Below, one piece after another: positions 9,954 through 20,970 of a stretch of DNA of 64,000 nt (position 1 is its first letter; every line of letters begins with the position of its first letter). The DNA is taken from NCBI GenBank assembly GCA_052389315.1, contig JBQTIE010000017.1, positions 60,948 to 124,947 of the forward strand. Direction: 5' to 3'. The position numbers and the translations under genes are program-made. The DNA is from Acidobacteriota bacterium (GTDB taxonomy: Bacteria > Acidobacteriota > Vicinamibacteria > Vicinamibacterales > UBA2999). The notes under the pieces were generated by a model. It ran no database searches. It was not told where the DNA came from and saw nothing but the letters and a program-made list of their open reading frames with translations.

Positions 9954-10118
9954 TCAGCGCAGCGCGTTGCGAACCGTGTCGAGGGTGTCCTGGGCGAGCT
10001 GTTCCATCAGGATCAGTGCACGCTCCGGGCCGCCGAGCGCATAGATCGACAGCACCAGCCCGACGAACAGCGGGATTGCAATCATGAATTTCTCGGTGCC
10101 GCCGCCCCCGATTTTCAT
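9954..10118 (-). CDS. Small single-TM protein (54 aa) in the Tad operon
   Basis: AAAGGAG SD; MKIGGGGTEKFMIAIPLFVGLVLSIYALGGPERALILMEQLAQDTLDTVRNALR; fills the gap between the ATPase and DUF192. Below the ORF-track cutoff. Confidence 0.7.
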   Translation of the reverse strand: MKIGGGGTEKFMIAIPLFVGLVLSIYALGGPERALILMEQLAQDTLDTVRNALR

Positions 10119-10168
10119 GTGCCGTTCGCTCCTTTCGCGTTCGTGCCGTTCAACGCTCGACGAGCACG

Positions 10169-11491
10169 CTAGTTCGTGGGATCGTCCACGAAATAGCTGG
10201 TGCAGGCCGCTTCCAACAACTCGTCGGTGAGGCGACGAGGCTCTCCGCGATAGTCGGCGAGCGACAGGGCCTGATCGATGAGGTCCCGCGGGTGGCAGCC
10301 GCGGGGCAGCAGGGTCCGCGGTTCGTAATAAGTCGCCAGCAGGTGGTCCACGAGCGATCCCTCGAACGGCAGATCACGCTCGTGACAACACCGCTCGAAG
10401 ATCTGTTTGAAGTCGTCGAGCGTGGGGTTCTCGGCGAAGACTTTGTAATGAATCCGGCGGAGGAACGCTTCGTCCACCAGATCGGTCGGCTTGAGGTTGG
10501 TCGCGAAGACGACCAACACCACGAAAGGCACCGGTAGTTTCTGGCCCGTCTGCAGCGTCAGATAATCCACGCGGCTCTCGAGCGGGGTGATCCAGCGGTT
10601 CAGCAGGTCGACTGGCGAGCACTTCTGACGGCCGAAGTCGTCGATGACGAGCACGCCGCCGTTGGCGGTGAGCTGGACCGCGGGCTTGTAGAACTTCGCC
10701 GTCGGGCTGAAGCTCAGCTCCAGCGAGTCGGTGGTCAACTCGCCTCCGACGGTGACCAACGGTCGTCGGCAGTAGACCCAGCGCTGATCGGCCCCCTCTC
10801 CGAGGTCGATGGCATTCTCGTCGACGAACCTGGCGATCGGCTCGTGCACGATGGGGTCGAAGAGCTGGATGATCTGTCCTTCGGCCTCTATCGCATGGGG
10901 CACCGCGATGATGCCGTCCAGCAGGTTGCGGATGGCCTGTGCGATCACCGTCTTTCCGTTGCCCGGCGGGCCGTAGACGAAGAGGGAGTGCGCGCCGTTG
11001 ACGGCTGGTCCCAGCTGATCGAGCACGCGATCGCTCAGCACGAGGTGCCCGAAGGCCTCCTTGACGCGCGGCCGGGTCGCCGTGCGCGGCATCGATCGCG
11101 CGAAATTCCGCATGTAGTCTTCGTAGTGGGAGAACGGCACGGGTGCGACGCCGACGTAATGGCTCTGCTCGAGGTAGAGCAGGGCGCGAGCGCGTCCGGC
11201 GTCGCTGATGCGGTACACGAACGAGGGCCCCCCCAGCACGCCCCCGCCGGTGACCTCGCACAGGTGTGTGAACTTGAGGTGCTGCAACAGCGGCTCGATG
11301 GCGGTGTGACTGAGGCCCAGGCGGCTGGCGAGCAGGCCGCCTGAGATCTCGCCAGAGAAGTGCAGCGTCTTCAGAATCAGCTGCGAGACCAGGTCGATGG
11401 AGAGGCCCGCCTCCTGCAGCGTCTGGGGTTCTCGCCCGACGTTGACGGTTGGACGCGCCTGCGCGGTTCCGGGATGTGTTGCGGTGATCAT
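10169..11491 (-). CDS. Tad-locus-associated AAA+ ATPase
   Basis: Walker A GPPGNGKT, Walker B LVIDDFGRQ, FATN, DEAFLRRI; ATG at 11491 overlaps the upstream stop (ATGA). Confidence 0.88.
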   Translation of the reverse strand: MITATHPGTAQARPTVNVGREPQTLQEAGLSIDLVSQLILKTLHFSGEISGGLLASRLGLSHTAIEPLLQHLKFTHLCEVTGGGVLGGPSFVYRISDAGRARALLYLEQSHYVGVAPVPFSHYEDYMRNFARSMPRTATRPRVKEAFGHLVLSDRVLDQLGPAVNGAHSLFVYGPPGNGKTVIAQAIRNLLDGIIAVPHAIEAEGQIIQLFDPIVHEPIARFVDENAIDLGEGADQRWVYCRRPLVTVGGELTTDSLELSFSPTAKFYKPAVQLTANGGVLVIDDFGRQKCSPVDLLNRWITPLESRVDYLTLQTGQKLPVPFVVLVVFATNLKPTDLVDEAFLRRIHYKVFAENPTLDDFKQIFERCCHERDLPFEGSLVDHLLATYYEPRTLLPRGCHPRDLIDQALSLADYRGEPRRLTDELLEAACTSYFVDDPTN

Positions 11492-12198
11492 CGTCGACCC
11501 TGCCTTGCTTTGAGAAGCCGCAGCGTATTGGCACGCCGGCAGAAACCAATCGCCTCTTTGGTGCGACCGTCCTTCATCGCGAGGACACACAGGTTCTGCC
11601 ACGCGTACCAGGCGGTGGGATCCAGGTTCACAGTCTCTTGAAAAGCGGTCAGCGCTTCAGTCCGGAGTCCAAGGGCGTGGAACAGCGTCCCGAGCGTATG
11701 ACGGGCTGCTGCCGATTGAGGCGCGGCGTGAACGGCACGATACGCGGCGGAGAGGCCGAATTCGGGGAGCCCCCAATCGCGCCACACGCGGGCTGTCGCA
11801 TCGTGCACGGCCGCGCTGTTGGGCGACAGGGCAGCGCCCATCTGGAGGTAGTCGTACGCCCGGTCCAGGATGCCGAGGCGGTGGTAGTCGCGAGCGACGG
11901 CGAGATGGTGTTCGAGTGTCGGGGCCTGCGACAACGCGCCAAGCGACTCACGAAGCCGTGGATTGGTCGCCTCGAGGCTCACCGCCATCGAGGAGTACCG
12001 CGACACGTCCGCGATCGGACGAGCCGCCTCGGGCGTGTCGCGCCGCGCGGCGGCCGCCGCCGGTGGGCCGCCAAGATCCATGGCTGGCGTGCCCTGCTGC
12101 ACGAACAGTCGTGCAAATGCGGGTGGCTGCGCGGTTGCGCACCCACCCAGCGTCACGATCGCCAGGCACAGCGCCGGCAGGCGGCCGGAGCGAACTAC
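11488..12198 (-). CDS. TPR-repeat lipoprotein (TadD-like pilotin candidate); start uncertain
   Basis: Lipobox-like LAIVTLGG-C and TPR-like helices (ARHTLGTLFHALG...A..AFQETVNLDP); lies downstream of tadC. Confidence 0.7.
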   Translation of the reverse strand, partial: VVRSGRLPALCLAIVTLGGCATAQPPAFARLFVQQGTPAMDLGGPPAAAAARRDTPEAARPIADVSRYSSMAVSLEATNPRLRESLGALSQAPTLEHHLAVARDYHRLGILDRAYDYLQMGAALSPNSAAVHDATARVWRDWGLPEFGLSAAYRAVHAAPQSAAARHTLGTLFHALGLRTEALTAFQETVNLDPTAWYAWQNLCVLAMKDGRTKEAIGFCRRANTLRLLKARQGRR

Positions 12199-12290
12199 CC
12201 GTCTTTCCTCATCCGGTCGCTCCGACGCTTGAAATAGAACACGAGCAGCAGCCCTCCCACGACGTACATCGCGATTTGCCACGTTTCCAC
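12195..12290 (-). CDS. Small membrane peptide (31 aa)
   Basis: AGGAGG SD then GTG at 12290: METWQIAMYVVGGLLLVFYFKRRSDRMRKDG; one TM helix with a basic tail. Confidence 0.65.
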   Translation of the reverse strand: METWQIAMYVVGGLLLVFYFKRRSDRMRKDG

Positions 12291-12335
12291 GAGTCCCTCC
12301 TGTTGAATCGAGCCACGCCGACCGCGCCAGCACCT

Positions 12336-13259
12336 CTACCTCGCGCCGAATCCCCAGACGAATTCCCGGAAGATCCGGACCATGGACGGTCCGAGCACCA
12401 CCAGGTAGAACGCCGGGAAGAGGCAAAACACCAGTGGAAACAACAACTTCACCCCGAGTTTTGCCGCCTTCTCCTCCGCCCGCTGCCGCCGCTTGGTGCG
12501 CGACGTCTCGGCGTGGGTCCTCAATGCCTGGCCAATGCTCGTTCCGAACTTATCGGTTTGAACCAGCATGTTGACTAGGGAACGCACGTCCTCCACTTTC
12601 GTTCGGGCGGCAAAATTGCGAAAAGCTTCCAGGCGGGGCTTGCCCGCGCGCGTTTCGGTGGCGATCATCTCCATCTCGCGCGCGAGCGCGGGATAGGCCA
12701 GGGACAGCTCGTCGGCGACCCGCGCGAGCGCCTGGTCGATGCCCGACCCTGACTCGATGCACACGATGAGCAAATCGATCGCATCCGGCAGGCCGTTGCT
12801 GATCTCGCGCTTCCGTCGTTCGATGGCTCGGCCGAGCCAGAGGTCAGGTGTGTAGTAGCCCAGCGCTGCCGCCAAGCCTGCGAAGACGAGGGTCGAAGTG
12901 CTCGTTCCAAAGTAGGAAATCACGAACAGGCCGACGCCAATCGGCAGCGAGATCTGCGCCAGGACGTACATCGTCGCCGGCCAGGCGCCGTAATAGCCGG
13001 CGCCCGCGAGCATCCGCTCGATGCGGCCCATGTCCTTCGGCGACTTGGGGACGAAGGCGCGTACTCGCCGGGCCATGGGCGTCATGGCCTCACCGATGAG
13101 CGAGATGGGCTGATCGAGGGTCGCACCGGCCCCGGGCGCCATGCGTGACAGCCGTCGCTGCGCCACTTGCGGATCGGTGACCGACCACACCAACACGCCG
13201 GTCGCCACCGCCAGGGAAACGAACACGGCACCGAGAAGCAGGACTATCTGAAGGTCCAT
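12336..13259 (-). CDS. tadC: Tad pilus assembly protein TadC (T2SSF family)
   Basis: LPDAIDLLIVCIESG, LVQTDKFGTSIGQALR, RAEEKAAKLGVKLLFPL. Confidence 0.93.
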   Translation of the reverse strand: MDLQIVLLLGAVFVSLAVATGVLVWSVTDPQVAQRRLSRMAPGAGATLDQPISLIGEAMTPMARRVRAFVPKSPKDMGRIERMLAGAGYYGAWPATMYVLAQISLPIGVGLFVISYFGTSTSTLVFAGLAAALGYYTPDLWLGRAIERRKREISNGLPDAIDLLIVCIESGSGIDQALARVADELSLAYPALAREMEMIATETRAGKPRLEAFRNFAARTKVEDVRSLVNMLVQTDKFGTSIGQALRTHAETSRTKRRQRAEEKAAKLGVKLLFPLVFCLFPAFYLVVLGPSMVRIFREFVWGFGAR

Positions 13260-13262
13260 GGC

Positions 13263-14216
13263 TTAGTACTCAATCCTCACCATCCGGGAAATGATGATGG
13301 TCCCCACGATCTGCAGCGTGACGGCCACCATCACGAGCCGGATGCCCAGCGGGTCCTCCCAGAGCGTGCTCATGAAGCTCGGGGAGAGGAGGAACAGGAT
13401 GAGGGCGAGCGTCGGGGCGAGGCACGAAAGCACCCAGGCGCTGATACGGCCGTGCGCCGAGATCACTCGAATCTGGCGCTTCACCTTGAAGCGCTCGCGC
13501 ATGACGTTGGCCAGATTGTCGAGCACTTCCGAGAGATTGCCGCCCGATTCCCGCTGGGTCAGGACTGCGGTCACGAAGAACCGCGCATCGAGGACGGGGA
13601 CCCGTTTGGCCATCCCCCGAAGGGCGTCGGGCAGCGACATCCCGAAGTTCTGCTCGTCGTACACGCGTTTGAACTCGGTGCCCACGGGCTGCGGGATCTC
13701 ATCGGCGGCCATGCCGAGGCCCGTCGTGAACGCGTGGCCGGCTCGAAGGGAGCGGGCGATGAGCTCGACCGCTTCGGGGAACTGCTCCTCGAACAGCCTG
13801 AGTCGCACGCCGCGCTTGTAGCGAACGTACCAGTACGGTGCGATCCCGAACAGCACGGCGAAGAAAGCCGATGCGGCCAGGCGAGCCATCCACCATCCCA
13901 GGACCACCCCGAGCGTAGCGCCGAGCAGCATCATCAGCAGCAACGTGCTGACGGTCAGCCTGAGGCCGGATTCCACGATGAGACGATCGAGGGGAGCGGT
14001 CAAGCGGCCTGATCTGCCGATGAGCGTGCTCAGCCCGGGCACGTGGGTCTGCCCGTCCGCGCTCACGATGGCGACGTTGGCGGTCTTGACCCGGAAGGTC
14101 TTGAGCCGCCCCGTGAGGCGTTCTTTCTCCTGCGTCTCGGGGCGGACGACGAACGCCCAGTAGATGCCCAGGACGGCGGCAATTGAAAGCACGAATGAGG
14201 CGATGGCGAAAATCAC
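13263..14216 (-). CDS. tadB: Tad pilus assembly protein TadB
   Basis: FEEQFPEAVELIARSLRAGH, QRESGGNLSEVL, SAHGRISAWVL. Confidence 0.93.
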   Translation of the reverse strand: MIFAIASFVLSIAAVLGIYWAFVVRPETQEKERLTGRLKTFRVKTANVAIVSADGQTHVPGLSTLIGRSGRLTAPLDRLIVESGLRLTVSTLLLMMLLGATLGVVLGWWMARLAASAFFAVLFGIAPYWYVRYKRGVRLRLFEEQFPEAVELIARSLRAGHAFTTGLGMAADEIPQPVGTEFKRVYDEQNFGMSLPDALRGMAKRVPVLDARFFVTAVLTQRESGGNLSEVLDNLANVMRERFKVKRQIRVISAHGRISAWVLSCLAPTLALILFLLSPSFMSTLWEDPLGIRLVMVAVTLQIVGTIIISRMVRIEY

Positions 14217-14232
14217 TTCGCGCCTCCGTCGG

Positions 14233-15567
<1,335 letters not shown>

Positions 15568-15584
15568 GGCGTGTCGGGGCCTCG

Positions 15585-16730
15585 TTAGCGCTTGCCGGAC
15601 CAGAGGCCCAGCAGCCCCGCACGGGGCGTTTCAGTGGGCCGCGACGGCAAGTCGGCGACGTCCCTGGCGAACTCTTCAAAGCTCGCAGACAGGCTGTTGT
15701 GGTTCTGGAGGATGAGCGGCTCCCCACGGTTGAGCGCGCCGAGCGAGGTCCGATAGTCGCTCGGAAACGCGTACTTCACCGGACCACCCAGCACGCGTTC
15801 CACGTCCTGTCTCGAGATGTCGGACGACGGGTCGAGCCGGCTCAGCGCCAGCTTGACGCGGTGCGGCCCACAGCGCTGGCGCAGCGCGGCGGCAATGCGG
15901 GTGGCGTTGCGCAGCGTCGCGAGCTCCTGGTTGGCGATGATCACGACCGTGGACGCCGCGTCGAGCGCCTCCACCAGCGTGCCGTCCGAGCGTGGACAGT
16001 CGAGGACGACATACCGGTACATCGTGGACGCGAACTCGATGAGGCTGCGGACACGGCTGACGTCGACCGTGCCCATCAGAGCACGGTCAGACGAGGCGAG
16101 CAGATCCGGCCCGGCCTTGGTGGCCGTCACGAGCCCCTTGAAATACGTCTCGTCGAGGCGATGGATGTTCTCGAGCGCATCGAGCACCGAGAACCGCGGC
16201 TCGACACCGAAGTACACCGACGCATCGCCGTGCGTCAGATGGAGATCCATCATCAGCGTGGGCTGGCGCGAGGCCTTCTGCAGCGCCGTGGCCAGATTGA
16301 CGGCCACCGTCGTGCTCCCGAGGCCGCCTTTGGCACCCATGACGCCAATGGTCTTGCCCGCGGCGGTCTTGGCAACCGGCCGAGCCACACGACGAACGGC
16401 GGCGTCGATGTCGGCGCCCGAGAGCGGCTCGCTGACCCACTCGGTCACGCCCAGGCGCATGGCCTCGAGCATCACGGACGGCTCGAGCGCCTTGGCAACG
16501 ATGACCACGCCGCTCCCCGGGAAGTGACGCTTCAGCTGTGCCACCTCACGCGGGAGGCCGCGGAGCGACCGGATGTCGACGAGAAACACGTCCGGCCCCT
16601 TGGCCCCCGCCGTGCTGTGCTGGGCCTCGAGGCCTTCGAACTGCGCAAGGCTCGGCCGATAGCCCTGCTCGCGCAGCATGCGGACGAGCTCTGGCTCGTG
16701 CGATCCGAGAAGCGAAACCGACGGTGTCAT
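15585..16730 (-). CDS. cpaE: CpaE/TadZ pilus localisation protein (receiver-like + MinD-like ATPase)
   Basis: [10 protein letters not shown] in the pseudo-receiver; [16 protein letters not shown]; VVLDCP. Confidence 0.9.
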   Translation of the reverse strand: MTPSVSLLGSHEPELVRMLREQGYRPSLAQFEGLEAQHSTAGAKGPDVFLVDIRSLRGLPREVAQLKRHFPGSGVVIVAKALEPSVMLEAMRLGVTEWVSEPLSGADIDAAVRRVARPVAKTAAGKTIGVMGAKGGLGSTTVAVNLATALQKASRQPTLMMDLHLTHGDASVYFGVEPRFSVLDALENIHRLDETYFKGLVTATKAGPDLLASSDRALMGTVDVSRVRSLIEFASTMYRYVVLDCPRSDGTLVEALDAASTVVIIANQELATLRNATRIAAALRQRCGPHRVKLALSRLDPSSDISRQDVERVLGGPVKYAFPSDYRTSLGALNRGEPLILQNHNSLSASFEEFARDVADLPSRPTETPRAGLLGLWSGKR

Positions 16731-16777
16731 TGTTCTAACCTGCCAACCTGCCCGACCATGACTGTCTTGACCTGCCC

Positions 16778-18106
16778 CTACCTGACCAGCGCAATCGAAA
16801 TCAGAAACGACGTGGCCGGCGTCTGCGACGTCCCCGAGTAGGCCTGCGTGGGGTACGTCATCAACCGGCCGATGACGTCCTGTCCCTTCATCCCCTCGAT
16901 GAAGAAGCCGAGGATCTTCGTGATCAGGATGTCCTGGCGTCCGCTGGCTCTGCCCGAGTCATAAAAATCGACGTCGAAGATAGGAATAGCGACGAGTCGT
17001 GGACTGATGCCGCACGTCCCGGCGGCCATGCACCCGCCCGCAATCGCGCCCTTTCCGCCGTTGGCGGAGGGGTCCCAGGACGCGCCCGGATCCTGGGCGA
17101 TCAAATCGTTGACGCCTTGAGCGGTCGGGCCAATCATGTTGCCCGGCTCGACGGGAACCATGTCGCCGGGACTCCAGATCTGGCTGCTGCACCCGGAGAT
17201 GGCGTTGCGATAGCAGTTCCCGCCCGGGCCGCAAGCGGGGTCGATGACCACCGGGAAGAACCAGCCCGGAGCGATCGACTGCGAAGGGTTGCCGGGCTTG
17301 AGCACGTACTGCCGCCCGTAGTCGCCGCCGTTGGCGAGCGAGTCGGGCGTGAATCCCGTTCCATAGGGCTGTTGGGCCGGCGGCAGGGCCGCTCGTTCGG
17401 ACGGAAACGGATCCGGCACCCGCACGCCTATGGGCGGGATGTAGAGATCCGCCGGGTCGAGAAGCTTGCCCTTGTTCTTGCCGTTCTGGATGTACCGCTC
17501 GAACGTGTCGGCCGCATCCCAGGGCGGCGTGTGCACTTCCAGCCACTTGTCAGCCACCGCCCACGGCTTGACGCAATCGGTCGAGTCTCCGTACAGCACC
17601 TGCGCGGTCGCCGTCGCGCGCACGCCCTGCTCGGTCACGCCGACGAGGTTGCCGAAGAAGGTCGGCAGCGGGATCCCGCCGGCCCGTTGATACCGTGTGC
17701 GAAACACATCTACCTTGATGCACGCGTTGGTGCCGGCGCCCGGCGATCCGGGAGGGCAGGCCGGAAACGTGACGTCCGCCGGCGTCACGTCAGGGGCGAC
17801 ACCCCAGATGAAGTTCTGCGCTGCCACGTTGAGCGCCGATTGCCGTGCGAGTGGCTGATCGTTGATGTCCACAAACGCCATGGACACAGCGCCCGCCATG
17901 GCTGCCGCATCGGCCGAGTTCTGGGCCTGGCGCCGCGCAGCCCACAACACGCCGTAGTCGAGCACCAGCGCGCTGAAGGCCATCAGACCGATCATGGCGA
18001 ACGCGACATGCACGAGGACGGCACCCCGCTGACCGGCGCGCCAGCGACGGACGAAGGGAGACGTCAACCTGAGGACTACGCTGCCGAGTGCATGTTTCAT
18101 GACCAA
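16778..18106 (-). CDS. tadG: TadG-like pseudopilin / pilus tip protein
   Basis: QRGAVLVHVAFAMIGLMAFSALVLDYG...QAQNSADAAAMAGA; Cys-rich C-terminal region. Confidence 0.85.
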   Translation of the reverse strand: MVMKHALGSVVLRLTSPFVRRWRAGQRGAVLVHVAFAMIGLMAFSALVLDYGVLWAARRQAQNSADAAAMAGAVSMAFVDINDQPLARQSALNVAAQNFIWGVAPDVTPADVTFPACPPGSPGAGTNACIKVDVFRTRYQRAGGIPLPTFFGNLVGVTEQGVRATATAQVLYGDSTDCVKPWAVADKWLEVHTPPWDAADTFERYIQNGKNKGKLLDPADLYIPPIGVRVPDPFPSERAALPPAQQPYGTGFTPDSLANGGDYGRQYVLKPGNPSQSIAPGWFFPVVIDPACGPGGNCYRNAISGCSSQIWSPGDMVPVEPGNMIGPTAQGVNDLIAQDPGASWDPSANGGKGAIAGGCMAAGTCGISPRLVAIPIFDVDFYDSGRASGRQDILITKILGFFIEGMKGQDVIGRLMTYPTQAYSGTSQTPATSFLISIALVR

Positions 18107-18124
18107 GACTCCAACGCAGCCGAG

Positions 18125-19582
18125 CTACTGCCTCGGTGGCTTTGCCGGCGGCACGCCCCCTGGTGGGGGTGGCCGCTTCGTCGGATCTGGAGCTACCGGT
18201 GGCGCGTCGATCAAACCGCCCGGTGGTTTCGACGGGTCCTCCCCGTAGTCCATCCGGTTTTCCTCGTCGGTCGGGCTGATGAACGCCCCCGGCCGCGTGG
18301 GGAGCGCCGGCACCTCGTCCGGATCCAGCGGACGCACGAGCCGCGGCGTGATGAGCACCATCAACTCCGTCTGCTCGGCGCGTGCCGACTTGCTCTTGAA
18401 CAAGTTGCCGATGATCGGCAGCCTGCTCAGCACGGGAATCGCCTGCCGGTCGGTCTGCGACAAGTTGTTCAGCAGACCCGCCACGGCAAACGATTGCCCG
18501 TCTCGTAGTTCTACATCAGTTTCAGCCCTTCGTGTGATCAGAGCTGGAATGCGGAATCCACTGAGGATGAGCCCGTTGCTGAAGTCGAGCTGGCTCACCT
18601 CCGGACGAACCTTCAGGCGAATCACGTCTCCGGCGATGGTCGGGCGGAAAGACAGCCGGATGCCGAACTCCTTGAACACGACCGTGACCTGACCCGTGGC
18701 GCCCTGCACGACGGGAATGGGAATCTCGCCACCGGCCAGAAAACTGGCCTCCTGTCCGTTATAGGCGATGAGGTTGGGCTCGGCCAGGCTCTGCAGGAAC
18801 CCGCGCCCCTGCAACGCCTTCATCACGCCGCCGATGCCCTCGTCGCGCTGGAAGAAGAACAGGTTGAGGAAATCGCTGAACACCAGGTCCACGCCGGTGC
18901 CGGATGGGTTGCCTTCGAAATCAGGGGCGGCGAACTGCTGCGTCGACGATCGGGACGTGAAGTTCGCCCGCGTCGTGAAGAGCGTCAGCCCGAGCTCCTG
19001 GAGCGCATTCCGGTTGACTTCGGCGAATCGCACCTGCAGCATCACCTGCTTGCTCGGCGAGCCGCCCGGAAGCTGGAGCATGTTGATCACGTTGCCCTTC
19101 GGCATCGCCGCCTGTGCGATCTCAGCCGCGCGCAACATCACCTCATTGCTCGACACCGCCCCTGACAGAATCACTGCATCGTCGGTCACCGACAGCCGCA
19201 GGTCTTCGCCCGGAAACAGCTGCTGCAGGTTCTGCTGCAGCGTGCTGACGCCGCGATCGACCACGATGTCGTAGTGCCTGCGGATGGAATCGCCCCACAC
19301 GATCAGGCTGACCGTGCCCGCGCCCTTGCCATCCACCAGCACTTCCCGGGGACGCACGACGACGGCGTCGGCGATCTCGGGGTTGGTCACGGCGATGCGC
19401 GTGATGTCGAAGTCGGTGAGCAGGACGGTCGAGCGCCCCGCCGTGAGCAGGACGCGCTCGACGGGATCCTCACCTCCGCCCGGCTGCTGGGCCGACAGAC
19501 CGCGGCCGACCCCACCAAGGAGCGCAATCAACGAGACGCACGCGACGACTGAGACTCGTCGGGGAAGCTGGGCTTGATGCAT
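18125..19582 (-). CDS. cpaC: Tad secretin CpaC/RcpA
   Basis: RIAVTNPEIAD, QVMLQVRFAEV, LAEPNL...GQEASFLAGGEIP, VELRDGQSFAVAGL. Confidence 0.94.
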   Translation of the reverse strand: MHQAQLPRRVSVVACVSLIALLGGVGRGLSAQQPGGGEDPVERVLLTAGRSTVLLTDFDITRIAVTNPEIADAVVVRPREVLVDGKGAGTVSLIVWGDSIRRHYDIVVDRGVSTLQQNLQQLFPGEDLRLSVTDDAVILSGAVSSNEVMLRAAEIAQAAMPKGNVINMLQLPGGSPSKQVMLQVRFAEVNRNALQELGLTLFTTRANFTSRSSTQQFAAPDFEGNPSGTGVDLVFSDFLNLFFFQRDEGIGGVMKALQGRGFLQSLAEPNLIAYNGQEASFLAGGEIPIPVVQGATGQVTVVFKEFGIRLSFRPTIAGDVIRLKVRPEVSQLDFSNGLILSGFRIPALITRRAETDVELRDGQSFAVAGLLNNLSQTDRQAIPVLSRLPIIGNLFKSKSARAEQTELMVLITPRLVRPLDPDEVPALPTRPGAFISPTDEENRMDYGEDPSKPPGGLIDAPPVAPDPTKRPPPPGGVPPAKPPRQ

Positions 19583-20431
19583 TTACTTGACGACCTCCGC
19601 CGTCCGCTTGGCGGCACGAATGGTTTCGACGGTGTATACCGAGGGCGCCGGCGCCGGCGCTTCGCGGGGCCGTTCTGCCCGCGGCACGCCTTGCACGACG
19701 CGTACGACCGGCGGGGGATCCGGCTGTCCCATCAACGACGCCATCCGGATACCCTTGGTCTCCGTCGGATCCTTGTCCAGCGGGTTTCTGAGCGTCAGCA
19801 TGATCTGGCCGACAGACGAGGCCAGGGCGATACGCTCCGCGTCTTCGGGCGTGACCAGCAGCGTAACCACCGTGCTCGGCACGGCGCGGCCGTCCTTGGC
19901 TTGCTCCTGGTCGAACTTGGTGCCGGCCGTCAGCACTTGGACGTGGCTGACCACGACGCGAGACACGCTGTCTTCCTGGCGCGCGATGGTCACGACCACG
20001 TCCACCCGGGTCCCGGGCAAGACGAACCCGGCGACGCCGATGACTTCGTTGACCTTGACCGAGATGGCCCGCATGCCCGTCGAGATGGTCGGCGGCAGCC
20101 CGGCGCCGGCTTCGAGCGGCGCCAGCTTCGTGGCCGTGATCGGCTCGTTTTCCACGACCTCGGCGATGAGTCCCCGATTGGTGACCTCCTCGACGGTGCT
20201 GAACGCGTTCGGGACGGGGCTGCCGGCCGGCCAACCCACGATCTTGACGTCGCTGGCGGTAATCATCGTGCCGAGGGGCAGCGGCCGGGCGGCGACGGTG
20301 ACGAAGTAACTGGCCACTTCGACCTCGCGCACCGGAATGCGCTGAACGGCCCTGTACACCATGTAGCTGGCGCCTCCAGCGACGAGGAGCGCGAGGGCCA
20401 CGACGACAATCGTTCGGGTGTTTCGAGACAT
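19583..20431 (-). CDS. cpaB: Flp pilus assembly protein CpaB/RcpC (SAF domain)
   Basis: GMRAISVKVNEVIGVAGFVLPGTRVDV, VTLLVTPEDAE, LTLRN. Confidence 0.94.
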   Translation of the reverse strand: MSRNTRTIVVVALALLVAGGASYMVYRAVQRIPVREVEVASYFVTVAARPLPLGTMITASDVKIVGWPAGSPVPNAFSTVEEVTNRGLIAEVVENEPITATKLAPLEAGAGLPPTISTGMRAISVKVNEVIGVAGFVLPGTRVDVVVTIARQEDSVSRVVVSHVQVLTAGTKFDQEQAKDGRAVPSTVVTLLVTPEDAERIALASSVGQIMLTLRNPLDKDPTETKGIRMASLMGQPDPPPVVRVVQGVPRAERPREAPAPAPSVYTVETIRAAKRTAEVVK

Positions 20432-20508
20432 AGGCTCTTTCTCTTGTGCTCAGCGCGTCCTTGTGACGTCGCCGCCGCCTCGGGGAGCGCAACGCGACGG
20501 GGCGCAGA

Positions 20509-20970
20509 TCATGATCCGCCTGGCGCCGGCGCCACATGGCTGCGCATCGTCGACCGGGCAGTCAAAGTGACGTTGGGTCCCATGGATCCGCCGAAAATGC
20601 TCATGATTGGACCGACGTATGTATACGTGTACACATTCGTGACCTGCACCTGCACGCCCGGCCACGTGCCCCCTCCTACCCCTGGCAACGCCACAGGCGT
20701 CACGACCGGGTTGACGGCGTTCGGAATCCCACCGTTGGCCGCATACGCCACCACCCGATTCTCCGCGTCTGTGGCGGTGTAACCCGGCAATACCGCGATT
20801 CGCGCACCCTCCATGGCGGCGTTGGTCAGCACGACGTAGCGTTGAAACAAGAACCCGAAATCCACGATCGCGACGAAAACCATGAGCAGCAGGGGGAGCA
20901 CGATCGCAAACTCGACCAGCTCGGCTCCACGCTCAGAGCCCAATGCCCTTCTCCGTCTTACGATCGCCAT
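20509..20970 (-). CDS. tadE: TadE-like pseudopilin
   Basis: SERG|AELVEFAIVLP...DFG......LTNAAMEGAR. Confidence 0.9.
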   Translation of the reverse strand: MAIVRRRRALGSERGAELVEFAIVLPLLLMVFVAIVDFGFLFQRYVVLTNAAMEGARIAVLPGYTATDAENRVVAYAANGGIPNAVNPVVTPVALPGVGGGTWPGVQVQVTNVYTYTYVGPIMSIFGGSMGPNVTLTARSTMRSHVAPAPGGS

